Assembly (NCBI GenBank): GCA_963835065.1
Contig: CAWIEK010000057.1
Coordinates: 64,001 to 128,000 of the forward strand
DNA: 64,000 nt
Origin: an uncultured Chthonomonadaceae bacterium
Lineage (GTDB): Bacteria > Armatimonadota > Chthonomonadetes > Chthonomonadales > Chthonomonadaceae
Direction: 5' to 3'
The translations under genes and the position numbers were made by a program. Below are positions 30,260-41,088 of the stretch, one piece after another (position 1 is the first letter of the stretch; each line of letters opens with the position of its first letter). Under the pieces are notes generated by a model. The model was not told the DNA's origin, searched no databases, and saw only the letters and a list, made by a program, of their open reading frames with translations.

Positions 30260-30451
30260 TATGTAGAGACAGCGTCGAAATCTTGGCAATGCAGCGCTTC
30301 CAGCCCAGTGTCTCGTTGTGTCAAATTGTAAGTAGAGGCGTCGTGACCTCAGAGGCGTCAGGGCGAACGGGAAGAGTTTACAGGCATCTTCTTGCACCTC
30401 CCTTCTGTGTTAGGGTTTTAGGTTGTTAGGTTGAGAGTTGAGAGTTGATAG
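30260..30451 (-). ncRNA. Candidate structured RNA with short ORF MPVNSSRSP* (30387-30358), copy 1
   Basis: Homologous to 47020-47194. SD GAAGGGAGGTG and a covarying stem. Confidence 0.6.
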
Positions 30452-30791
30452 AAACTACGAACGTTCTACGGCCCACCACCTGGCTGATTAGTAGACGTTT
30501 GTATCTAGTAGACAGGAGGAGTGGGGCGATAGTTTCGGTTTTTTAGCGCTGTACGGCTTTTTTGCTGTCTTTTTGCTGGATTGTGGCTGTGGGAAGAATC
30601 GGGAGAGGGCGCTTGCTTCGGTTCGTGCCTCTATCCCTTCCCGGTTACAGCTCCTGAAATCATTCGCACATTATCGTAACGTTTGCGAATTGCCACAAAA
30701 ACCGCGAAGTCTTGCCGCCATAGCAGCAGGACTTCGCGGATAGGATGCCTTGAACTGTAGGGTCCCTGTCTTGGAAGATGATTCGCGCGGG

Positions 30792-33700
30792 TTAGCGGCT
30801 GCCCTGTCCGGCCAGAACCCGCGTGGCGTAGGTGATGGGCTTGCCGGTGTCGCTGTTGGTGAAATCCAGCGTCACCGTCACGCTTGCGCCTGCCGCCATA
30901 TCGCCCGCCTGTATGGTGAGGTACGGACTGCCTGCCGGTGTGGTCGCGCTCGTGACGCCGGTTTTGTTGAACAGCGCGGCATTGCTGCTCAGGCCATCCA
31001 GCACCAGCGAAACCGGACCGGCAATGGCGGAACTGCCCGTGTTCTTGACCGTGACGCGTCTGCGCGAAACGCCCGGTGGCGCGGTTGAAGCGGAAGGCGC
31101 TGCGCGTGACGCTGACCTGCGAAGAAACGTCTGTAGCGATGTTGGGAAGTTGCGTGACGGTATCCGGCTGCGAGTGCGCGTTTTCCAGGTTGAAGGTGTT
31201 GTCCCGCGCCTGACTGTAAAAGGCATACGTGTGCCCGCCCACGCCCGTAAACGTCGCGCTCGTGTCCGTCGTATTCGTCAGCCAGGGCGTGTACGCGCCG
31301 CCGTTGTCCGAAACATAGATGGTGAAGTCCCGCAATCCCGAACCTACATCCTGCCCCTTCCACGACACAGGGAAGTTCAGCGCGTTCTGCACCCCCGCCA
31401 GTGGGTTTACCTGACTGCTCGGCTTGTCGTTGTCAATGGTATTGAACCAGATGGGTGTGAGCATGGCGGCATTCGCATCGAACACGATGGAAGCCTGATC
31501 GCGGACGATGGTTCCGGTTTTCAGGTTCTTGCGCGGCATGACGGTGAACAGCATACTGCCTTCCTGCCCCGGATCAAGGAAGCCGTTGGGATCGTCGGGA
31601 GCGAGCGGCAGACCAGTAGCCGGATTGATGGAGGTAAACGTCCACGCCAGTAGGCCGTTGTCAAGGTTCAGCTTCGCATTGACATGCACCAGCAGATTCT
31701 TCGTCGGGCGCAGGTCTACGTCGGCGTCGTACTCCCGAACGCCCGCAATGGGGTTGATATGATCTTCGGGCGTGACGGTCTGATTGCCGATAGTGATGGT
31801 TCCCAAACTTAGCGTACTCAGGTCCGCGCCGGGCAAGTCCAGTTGATCCGTGACTTTGATCACCTGCGCCGCCGCTGTCGCTTCCGGCTTATTGGCGAAG
31901 AAGACGGTATACGGCATAGGCTGTGAGCCTGATACCCACTGCGGAGCGCCGAACCCTATCGTTCCAGCGATGTCGTTTGGATCACCGGATGTGATATTCT
32001 CTCCAAAAAGATGAGCTAACGCTTCGCAAGCGAGATCAATGAGGTAATCTTGCACCTTGCTTTTGACCCAATCCTTGGGATTGAGTTCTAGAAGAGCAAC
32101 AACACACAAAACGTGAACTGCTGGTAAGGCTGGTATCAATGCAGGGAACGTGATGCCAACCGCAACATCTATGGCGAGACAGGCTTCGTATGCCTCTGGT
32201 ATGCCAGCTAAGGTTTCGACTTGCTCAACTACGAACTTGATCCATTCACAAGCCAGTTTAAAATCGAAAGGAGTTGACGGGCCAGGTGGCACAGGTGGAT
32301 TAACATAGGTTGAGTTACTTATGTTTACCTGGAAAGTGGCAGTTTGAGAATATCCGGGAACGGTCACTGTTCCAGTTGCCTGACCAGCATTTGACCAGTT
32401 CAAGTTGATGGTAGTTCCCTGTGAGTTGGTCATCAAGGTTGGCTGCAAGTGTTCATTTAATGTCACCGTTGTTACGGTTCCATCGCTGCTAGTGACTTCG
32501 TATTGACCTAACCTACTGACTCGGCCACCAACCATAACTCCGAAGTAGTCTACTGTATTACCTGACTTGGTTCTAGTTCTGATAATACGTCGCTCAGTAA
32601 GGTCTCCTATGTATATCACTCCCCCTACCAACTCCTGATTTATCCAGGCATTGACCTGAAACAGATTGTGAGCGTACCGTGGATCATCAGGTGATTTCAC
32701 ACGTAGCGAGATAGTTTGGGAACTGCCTGCTGGTACAGAAGCAAGTTGAACTCCGATAGCCGTGCTGTTCCCGCCCGTGAAGGTGTCACTGGCTTTCGCG
32801 TCTATCAATTGCCACTCGAAGTAGTTAGGGAACTGGATACGGATGTCTGCGGTGCTGGCGTCCACGTTGCCTGAGTTCTGCACTTGCACGTTGTACGTTG
32901 TCCATGCGCCGCCGCGAATCTGGCTACGTCCAATTACCTGCGTTTGCAGCAACGGTTGTTTGAGGTCTTCGACGGTGAACTGTTGGGGCAGGGTGATGAC
33001 TGTGCCGTCGGGGTTGGTGATGACGACATAGCGTGGGCCTAGCGTTGCGCCAGTCAGATCGAACGTGGTTTGTATACGCGAAGAGCCTTTGAAGTTGGTA
33101 AAAATGAACGTCTTGGTGTTCGTGCCTTGAATGTCCGGCTGTTTGTCGGCAGTCAATTTGACGGATGCGCCCTCCTGAACGCCGTTGAGGAGTATGGTGG
33201 CTGTCACACTGCCACCTTTGCCACCATGATCGGGGAAGATGTTGGTAGCCGCGATGTGGAATGTGTCGAACTCTGGCCTTTAGTGAAGAGGCGTCTCCCG
33301 CCTCATCCGTCGCGAAAGCGAACAGACGCCCATCACCTATCGACACAACGGGCATGTAATAACTTGGTTTGGGCAGGGCAGGGGCAGAAGCCCATCGGGA
33401 AGTTACAGGGTCGTAAGCATCTACTTCGGTGAACGAGGCACTATAATAGTATCTGCCACCAATGACATAGATCAAACCGTCCTGTCCGGTAACGACTGCC
33501 GATTGATTGCGCGGATTGGGCAATGAGGGAAGCGTTGTCCAGGTATTAGCAACAGGATCATAAGCAGCAAAACCTCCAGAGACGCCGAATCCTGCGTAGA
33601 TTTTCCCGTCTGGCCCTGCCGCGATAGTGATTGGATCTCCCATATAGGGCGCAGGCATTCGTGTTATCCACGTTTTTGCTTTTACATCATAGGCCAATAC

Positions 33701-34216
33701 CGTATTAGACGGGTTCCCCTGTGGACGTCCACCGATTGAATAGATTAGCCCATCCGAACCGACTGCAGTGGCGTGGGAGGTCTCATATAAAATTGGCTGC
33801 GGGAGCGACGTAACTGTAGTCCAGGTGTCGGTCACCGTATTGTAGGCTTCGACAGTCGCTACTATATTACCCGAACTGTCAACCCCACCAATGGCATAAA
33901 TCAAGCCATCCGGGCCAGCTACCACACTCAGACCGACGCGGGACGTGGGGAGTGGAGTACCCTTCGTCCAGATGTTCTTTGCCGGGTCATAGATGTCCAC
34001 CGGACTCACGGTGTCATAATAGTCAGGATGGAATTGTCCCCCAACGACATAGATGCGACCATCAGGGCCGACAGCGGCTCCGAAGCCTGCACGCGGTGTC
34101 GGCATGACGGTTGGCTGCGTCCAGCCCGCCTGGGCGAAAGATCGAGATGGCACACAGGTCAGCAAGCAGACCAGAAGTACGAGGATAGAAAGTAGCTGGC
34201 ATAAAGTGCGGTTCAT
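30792..34216 (-). CDS. Large secreted protein: Kelch propeller + Ig-like domains + Cys-rich helical segment + DPN-motif domain, frameshifts near 33250 and 31058
   Basis: Signal peptide SFA-QA, Kelch repeats (IYVVGG...YDP...W), SGDPNDIAG, YTVFFAN and ASIVFDAN. Three overlapping ORFs join into one protein. Confidence 0.8.
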
Positions 34217-34335
34217 CCTACAAGTCTCCCTTCAACAATAGTACAGAGATAACCATCACGAGCAAGGCATCAGCCCGAAAAGACGCGCAGGTAAACGCCT
34301 GACAGACTGGACCACTGAGTTCAAGTTGGCTAAGA

Positions 34336-35970
34336 TTAGCCTTGTAAATGCTGGGCCGTTCCCACGAGCCAGAGAGTGCCGTCATTGCTGAAGGTGACGG
34401 CGTGGGGCGTCACGTCGGCAGGGAGTGGGATGCGCTGCTGCAATTTGCCGTCCGCCGCGTACACGGCAATATCGCGGCTTGTATTGCAGGGAATATAGAA
34501 CCGTTCCTCTTGCGCATGGAAGGCGAACGGGCCATGATATGCGTCCTCCGCCCGCCAGCAACGCAGGAACTCGCCTTCGGCATCGTAAATCTGCATCATC
34601 GGCTCTTCCGGTTTCTCCCGACTGTTGCTACAACGCAACGCAGCGAGTTCTCCGCCGGGAAGCGATTGAAGGCCGGGAAAGTAGGTATCCATCGGCAGTT
34701 GCGCGAACGTCCGCCGCAGTTTCCCCTCGCGTGTATACAGGCCGATAGAACCACCCCGGGTGCTGTAGTGCGCCAGGTACAGACGCTCCTTTGCCGCCAA
34801 TGCGATGCAGGTACAGCATTGCAGAATCAAGGGCTGGACGTGCCCGCCGCCGTTAGTGAATCGTTGCAGCGCATTCCCCGATGTCATCAGCAGCCTGCCC
34901 GAAGCATCGAACGCCATGCCTTTGCCATCGCTAAGCGCGGCGAGGGTGGAACGTCCGCCATAAAAGACGCGCTGCTCCGCGCCGTCCGGCATAAATTCAA
35001 TGACTTCCTGCTGATTTAGCCCTTCCCGTATGGCTCGCTTATGCACCACATACACCCGACCTGGGGTAAAGTCCTGACGCCGCGCTGCGGGCGGCGCAAT
35101 CGCAAGCCCGGCGGGATAGCGCAGCCGCCCCGGCCCGACGATCTGCCGCGCCCGATACACCTTTCCCGCCTCCGGTTCCAGGCAATACAATACGCCGGAA
35201 GACGGAGACGGGTTTGCCGCATAGCCCAACGGCACGGAAGCCGCGTTGGTTGCCAGCATCAACATCATGCCGAAGGATGCCAGTTCCTGCCACTGCGCTA
35301 TGTCTGACAGGTTTTCCAGGCTGTGCGCTGAAATCTGGCAGTCCAGGGGCGAATAGTCACGCGCAAAACAGCGCGCCGTTTCATTTACAAACTTCATCAC
35401 GTCCAGGGGTAAATGGCCCATTGCAATCGCGACGGCCACAGCCTCCTGCGGACTCTGCGTGTTCAGGCGCGTTTGGATGCTTTTCAGAATGTTGTTGATG
35501 TTGGCGGGCGCGCAGCCGCGCTGCATCGCAATTTGCGCGGGCGTTTTGCCCTGCGCGAAAAGAACCAAAATTTCAATCTGCGTTTCGGTCAGCCGCTTTT
35601 TGCCATCCTCGGTCACGGCTTCCTTACGCCGATGGCGCTGTTCGGGAAACAGATTGCCGAACAAGACTTGCAGGACTTCGCCGTTTCCCAACAAAGACGG
35701 CAGACGGTGCAGCATTTCGGCGCGGCGCGGGTCTTCGTCCAGCGTTTGCCGAATGTCGGTAACAATCTTGCGCAGCCAATCGAATTCTGCCAGAGCGGGC
35801 GCGCTGAAGTCGTTTTCCGGCACAGCGTAGGTTCCGGCTTCTGCCTCACCTTCCGCAACAAGCGCTTCCCCGGCCAGATACAGCGCGGAAGTCATCTGCG
35901 CTTCAGCGGCGTAAGGATGGGCAGAAGGCGGGTCAGGTGATTGTGAAGAAGCCTTGTCCGGTTCGCCCAT
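34336..35970 (-). CDS. LuxR-type HTH + C-terminal NHL-like beta-propeller regulator
   Basis: LTETQIEILVLFAQGKTPAQIA...NILKSIQTRL and propeller blades (GMAFDASGRL). ATG 35970 after AGGAAGG. Confidence 0.75.
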   Translation of the reverse strand: MGEPDKASSQSPDPPSAHPYAAEAQMTSALYLAGEALVAEGEAEAGTYAVPENDFSAPALAEFDWLRKIVTDIRQTLDEDPRRAEMLHRLPSLLGNGEVLQVLFGNLFPEQRHRRKEAVTEDGKKRLTETQIEILVLFAQGKTPAQIAMQRGCAPANINNILKSIQTRLNTQSPQEAVAVAIAMGHLPLDVMKFVNETARCFARDYSPLDCQISAHSLENLSDIAQWQELASFGMMLMLATNAASVPLGYAANPSPSSGVLYCLEPEAGKVYRARQIVGPGRLRYPAGLAIAPPAARRQDFTPGRVYVVHKRAIREGLNQQEVIEFMPDGAEQRVFYGGRSTLAALSDGKGMAFDASGRLLMTSGNALQRFTNGGGHVQPLILQCCTCIALAAKERLYLAHYSTRGGSIGLYTREGKLRRTFAQLPMDTYFPGLQSLPGGELAALRCSNSREKPEEPMMQIYDAEGEFLRCWRAEDAYHGPFAFHAQEERFYIPCNTSRDIAVYAADGKLQQRIPLPADVTPHAVTFSNDGTLWLVGTAQHLQG

Positions 35971-36049
35971 AAAATCCCTTCCTGCCGAAGTAAAATGCTC
36001 AGTGGGTAACGTGGAGAAGTATAACACAAAATGGGAAAATGTTTTGGTT

Positions 36050-36546
36050 GTCAATTGCAACCATTCTGGCCGGGATTTTGGAGCGGAAGAGGGGGAAGGA
36101 AGTGATGAATGATGAGTGATGAGTGCTGAATGAACTGCATTTTGTTCATCATTCATCATTCCGCGTTCAGCATTTCCTTCTGTTCCCTTGCTCACCGACA
36201 GTCCGGCATCGTGGAGGCACAAGTTGCGATGTTCTTCAACAAAGGCAAGCTGTTCGGATGTAAGAGAAGCAGACGCAGCAAGGCGGGCAAGAAGAGTGGC
36301 GGCGGAACGGAAGTCACGGAGTTGGCAGGCTTGCTGCGCTTGTTGGTACAGGGGATGGGCTTGCACAACAACAAGGGCGTTTTGTTGCGATGTGGGAGGA
36401 ACAAGCGCGGCGGGATGTAGGCGCGGCACGGCGGCAGACGCCCGCTTGGACGCCAACGCGGCGGAAGGAGGCGCGTGGGAGCAGCCCGTCAGCAGGCACA
36501 GGCCGCAACAAAGCAAAGGAGAACGAACACTACGCCATACGAACAT
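36050..36546 (-). pseudogene. Truncated lipoprotein (LTGC lipobox, TPR-like helices) ending at palindromic element copy 3 (36101-36174)
   Basis: Open in frame with the LuxR gene, but the intervening sequence is AT-rich and intergenic-like. Confidence 0.45.
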
Positions 36547-36877
36547 CAGCAACCGCGCCTTTCCGAGATCAACCGGAAACACTTTGCCCAGGGCAAAGCG
36601 CAAACGTCAACAAACAACGTCACAGGCAAACGGCAAACGCAATACAGCAAGGTAAAAATGACGGATTAGAACCGAAACATTTAGAACGATGCAGACGCAT
36701 CCGACTAAATTGTGGGAAATCGGGAAACAGGAACAGCGTCGCCGCAAGTTTGATGCAGACACGCCTTTAGAATGATTTTCTTTCCGTTTTATGTCATTCA
36801 ATGTCAGTAAACAGCGAACCGCCAATCACTAACCACCAACCACCTATTTCTTCCTGTCTGATTATTCCCGGATAAAA

Positions 36878-36911
36878 ATAACCGCCGCAGGCAATTGCCT
36901 GCGGCGGTTAT
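36878..36911. terminator. Perfect palindrome downstream of the 36967-39510 gene
   Basis: ATAACCGCCGCAGGCAATTGCCTGCGGCGGTTAT. Confidence 0.7.
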
Positions 36912-36966
36912 ATGCTTCCTATCTTGGTCTGCGCCTATCAACTATCAACCACCGACTATCAACTCC

Positions 36967-39510
36967 TCATCCTCGCAAATGCTCCACTTTCTCCACATAC
37001 CGGCAGAGCAGTTGGTTGGCGGTGTCGGGGTTATCGGCTTCGGCGTATATGTGGAAGAACGGCTCGGAAGCGTCCGGCAGCACGAGCGCCCAGTTGTGAT
37101 TGCTCTGGAAGAACTTGATGCCGTCTATCAGTTCGACGTGTTCGCCGTTGTGACCGTTGTTGCTGTCGGCTTCTTTGGTCAGGACGCGCATGATGCGCCC
37201 CTTCATCTCCCACGGACAGCGCACATTCGCCCGCACTACATGCGCAAGGGGCAGTTCCGAAGACAGTTCCGAAAGGCGCAGGTCGCTCACGGTCAGCATT
37301 TCCAGCAATTTGCCGAACGCGAACATGGCGTCGTAACTGGGCTGGAACTCCGAAAAGATAAACCCGCCATTGTCATCCCCGGCGAAATCCACGCGCGCCG
37401 GCTGACTTGAACTGCCGGAACACATTTCCATCAGGTTGCGCGCGTCGGTTTTCGTGCGCTGCACGGTTGCCCCGTGCAGTTCCGCCAGCGATTCGATCAT
37501 GCGCGGCGCGGTCACGGGCACGGCGATGCGGGCGCGCTCTTTGGTGCGCGCGACCAGGACCGCCATGATTGCCAGCAAATTGTTGTGGTCTATCACTTTG
37601 CCGTATTCATCAATCAGGGTCATGCGTTCGCCGTCCGCCTCGAACAACACGCCCATATCGGCATGAAGGCTTTGCACGATCTGCGACAGATTGGGCAGCA
37701 GCGCGGCGCGGGCTTCGGGCGTTTTCGGCGTTTTGTTCACGTCCGCGTAAGCGTTCAGCGCGATGAGGTCAATGTCCATGCGCCCCAGCATCGTCGGGTA
37801 CACGCTGCCCAGCCGCCCGAACGCGAAATCCGCCACCACTTTCAATTGGCGATTTTTTACGACATCGGCCTTGACATGGCGGTAGAAATCTTCGCCGTAT
37901 TGTTCTACGCTGCGGCTGGAAAATTGCAGTTCTCCCACCTGATCGGCGTCCACGCGGCGGAAATCTTCGCGGAAGAAAATGGTTTCCACCTTGCGCTCGG
38001 CGTTTTTGGACAGATAAATGCCATGCTCGTCAAAGAACTCAATGACCAGCATCTTGGGATCGTTGGGCGCGAGCCGGATGTGAACGCCGCCTGTCGCCTG
38101 CGTCCCCAAAATTCCCAGACGCGCGACGGGCAGGGGCATGGAGCGCATATCCACGACATTGACGCCCACGGACAGCAGGCCGGAAATCATCGCCCGCTTC
38201 ATCATGCGCGCGACCGGTCCCGAATCGCGGTTGGTCACGACGGTTGCGCCTTTTTTGAGATAGCCGCCAAAGCTCGCGCCCAATTTGCAGGCGAAATCCG
38301 GCGTCATTTCGATGTTGGCGATGCCCATCACGCTGTTGTTGCGGAACAGCGACCCGGCCCACTTCTGTCCCCAGATCAGCGACATCGTGACCGTACTGCC
38401 CGCCTCGATGATTTTATCCGGCCACAGTTTAATCTGAGTGCGGATGGTGGAATCGTCTTCGATGCGGCAGCGCGCCCCAATGACCGCGCCTTCCTGCACG
38501 TCGCAGTTGGCCTTGATGGTGGCATACGAGCAGACCGTACACGCGCTTAACTGCGTGTCCACGCCCACGTACACGTTATCCCAAATTACGCTGCGATACA
38601 AACGCGCCTTTTCCTCGATGATGCAGTTGTCGCCGATAACGCTGTAGGGTCCCACAGTCGCTTCGGCTTTGATTTTGCAGTTGCGCCCAATAACGACGGG
38701 CGCGACGATATGGGCGCTGGGGTCAATGTCGCTGCCTTCGCCCACCCACACGCCGTTGCCCCGGCCTTCCGAGGAGCCGCTGCCGATACGGATGCGGGTT
38801 CTGCCGTCCAAAACCGTATACTGCGCTTCGCGGTACTGCTGCAAGTTGCCCACGTCGCACCAGTAATCCTCCGCCATCACATAGCCGAACATGGGCTTTT
38901 CTTCGGCCAGTATCTGCGGGAAAATATCGTGGCTCCAGTCGTAATTCTTGCCCATCTCCATATAATCGAAAATGGACGGCTCCAGAATATACATGCCCGT
39001 GTTGACCGTATCGGAAAACACTTCGCCCCACGAAGGCTTTTCCAGAAAGCGGCGGATGTGGCCTTCGTCGTCGGTAATGACAACGCCGAACTCCAGGGGG
39101 TTCGGCACATGGGAAAGCACGATGGTCGCCACGCTGTTCTTCTCGCGGTGGTAGGCAATGGCTTTGTCCAGGTCAATGTCGGTGAGCGCGTCGCCGCTGA
39201 TGATGAGGAAGGTATCATCGCGCAGGTGTTCTTCCGCCTGCTTTACGCTGCCCGCCGTTCCCAAAGGCGTATCTTCCACCGAATAGATAAAATTGACGCC
39301 CCACTCGGCCCCATCGCCGAAATAGCCTTCGATCTCATCCGCCAGATAGTGAAGCGTGACAACGATGTCGGTTATGTCGTGTTCCTTGAGGAGCAGGACG
39401 ATATGCTCCATAATCGGAATGTTGAGCGCGGGCGCAAGCGGCTTGGGGCGCTGGGAAGTCAAGGGCCGCAGGCGCGTACCCTCCCCGCCGGCCATGATGA
39501 CGGCTTTCAT
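36967..39510 (-). CDS. Bifunctional mannose-1-phosphate guanylyltransferase / phosphomannomutase-like protein
   Basis: MKAVIMAGGEGTRLRPLT, PLGTAGSV, FLEKP, hexapeptide repeats and PGM/PMM domains. Confidence 0.95.
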   Translation of the reverse strand: MKAVIMAGGEGTRLRPLTSQRPKPLAPALNIPIMEHIVLLLKEHDITDIVVTLHYLADEIEGYFGDGAEWGVNFIYSVEDTPLGTAGSVKQAEEHLRDDTFLIISGDALTDIDLDKAIAYHREKNSVATIVLSHVPNPLEFGVVITDDEGHIRRFLEKPSWGEVFSDTVNTGMYILEPSIFDYMEMGKNYDWSHDIFPQILAEEKPMFGYVMAEDYWCDVGNLQQYREAQYTVLDGRTRIRIGSGSSEGRGNGVWVGEGSDIDPSAHIVAPVVIGRNCKIKAEATVGPYSVIGDNCIIEEKARLYRSVIWDNVYVGVDTQLSACTVCSYATIKANCDVQEGAVIGARCRIEDDSTIRTQIKLWPDKIIEAGSTVTMSLIWGQKWAGSLFRNNSVMGIANIEMTPDFACKLGASFGGYLKKGATVVTNRDSGPVARMMKRAMISGLLSVGVNVVDMRSMPLPVARLGILGTQATGGVHIRLAPNDPKMLVIEFFDEHGIYLSKNAERKVETIFFREDFRRVDADQVGELQFSSRSVEQYGEDFYRHVKADVVKNRQLKVVADFAFGRLGSVYPTMLGRMDIDLIALNAYADVNKTPKTPEARAALLPNLSQIVQSLHADMGVLFEADGERMTLIDEYGKVIDHNNLLAIMAVLVARTKERARIAVPVTAPRMIESLAELHGATVQRTKTDARNLMEMCSGSSSQPARVDFAGDDNGGFIFSEFQPSYDAMFAFGKLLEMLTVSDLRLSELSSELPLAHVVRANVRCPWEMKGRIMRVLTKEADSNNGHNGEHVELIDGIKFFQSNHNWALVLPDASEPFFHIYAEADNPDTANQLLCRYVEKVEHLRG

Positions 39511-39907
39511 ACGAATCCCCCATTATCCGCGATACGCTTCCAAAGCATGGTGCGTATCGCCAGTGTGCGATGTTTGATTTTGGCTATTCGGCCCACAGCG
39601 CGCCGTTTGCCCATGCGAGACTACAGCGAGACGGCCTCCGTGCCGTACAAAACAGTCTCATTTCTGTAAGAAAAAGGCGGCGCTATGCCGTTGAATTTGA
39701 ATTCCGTGTTAATGCTAATACGGCGACAGTATAAATTTTGCAGCAATGTTGTGGCGGAAATGGCGGAAATCGCATTGGATATTGCTTCGAAAATTTTCTC
39801 TACGCGCATTTTTCACAGAGCGGTATTAAGAGCGCATGGTATCCGACATATTCTGTCAATCCTGCTTGATGGCATGGCTGCCCGGCATCCTTTTGTTACT
39901 CGGCTTA

Positions 39908-40363
39908 TTAGTCGGCAGGGGAAGGCTCGGCGCGCAGGCAGCGGTCCGCAACGCCCAGGCACAGCAGGACGCCGCCAATCAATCCGACCACTACGCCCGG
40001 AAGCAGGGCAAAACGTGTCAGGGCGATAATCACGCAGGCAAACGCGCCTGCGCCCCCGACGGCGGCCAGCGCAATCCGATTTCTGGCCGTCGCATCCCAC
40101 AGCAGCGTACACGCGCACAGCGCGGCGCAGATCGTCAGCGGCAAGGCGCAGCCCGCGCCAAAGCCATTGTGCTGTACGGTCAGGCTTTCCACATGCACGG
40201 CCCCAACCGGGAAAGTCGGAAACTGCTCCGGGCGCTGCACCTTCCAGGTCAGAAACAGGCTGGAAATAACCGTTACCATGCCAAGCAGGATGGCCGCCTC
40301 GGCCCGCGTCAAAAAGCGGCGCATCGCAGGCGGCGCAAAGGGTTTTGGTTGTGGCCCGGACAT
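39908..40363 (-). CDS. Hypothetical membrane protein
   Basis: Four hydrophobic segments. ATG after GGAG. Confidence 0.6.
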   Translation of the reverse strand: MSGPQPKPFAPPAMRRFLTRAEAAILLGMVTVISSLFLTWKVQRPEQFPTFPVGAVHVESLTVQHNGFGAGCALPLTICAALCACTLLWDATARNRIALAAVGGAGAFACVIIALTRFALLPGVVVGLIGGVLLCLGVADRCLRAEPSPAD

Positions 40364-40728
40364 AGCTAAATTCTCCCCGAAAACGTTCCCGCAATCCTCA
40401 TTTACTTCTCGCCCCGTGAAATCAATTTCTCTCCACGCGCACATGAGCAGAGAACAGGCCGCGCGATTGGAAACCAAAACTACATTCGACACCGTATGCG
40501 GCAACTCCTTGTTCGTAAAATGAAAATTTCTCATCTCAGGCCGCGCATTTTGCGGGAGTTGGTATTTTGCATGATTTAGCCCTATTTTCTGGTAAAAAGG
40601 AGAAAAATGTCTGTAATTTAGAGGTGGAAGCGCGTGAGAAGGCTTGCGTTTGGCGCAAGTCTATGCTATCATAGCCGCATTGTAACCCTGTCTCAAGCAA
40701 ACGCAAACTCACCGGCAAGGAGAACCTC

Positions 40729-41088
40729 ATGGCGTATTCGCACAAAAGCAACAAATCCGGCACGACCTACTACTTACATTCTAAAGAAACCGAGTCGCGC
40801 GGCGGTAAGCGCACCCTGTTTTTCTTCAGCAAAGAAGTGAAAGAGGCGAAAGACGGCACGCTCCCCCTCGACGCGGTTCCCGAAGGCTACACCGTGACGG
40901 AAAGCGCGCAAACCGGCCTGCCGCTGCTCAAGAAGGCGGACAAAGGCGAAGCGGCGGAAGCGCCTGCCGCAGCGGAAAAGCCCGCCAAAGCAGACAAGCC
41001 CGCCAAAGCGCCTGCGGCGGCGAAAGCGGACAAACCGGCAAAAACGGAAGCGGCTGCAAAAACCGATAAGAGCAAAGCGAAAAAATGA
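40729..41088 (+). CDS. Small basic protein with Ala/Lys/Pro-rich tail
   Basis: AAGGAG SD. GTTYYLHSK...LFFFSKE...TGLPLLKK followed by KPAKA repeats. Confidence 0.8.
   Translation: MAYSHKSNKSGTTYYLHSKETESRGGKRTLFFFSKEVKEAKDGTLPLDAVPEGYTVTESAQTGLPLLKKADKGEAAEAPAAAEKPAKADKPAKAPAAAKADKPAKTEAAAKTDKSKAKK

Noticed and set aside
34336..36603. A single 755-aa lipoprotein-LuxR fusion
   Set aside because: An exported N-terminus conflicts with a DNA-binding HTH, and there is an internal SD and ATG at 35970.
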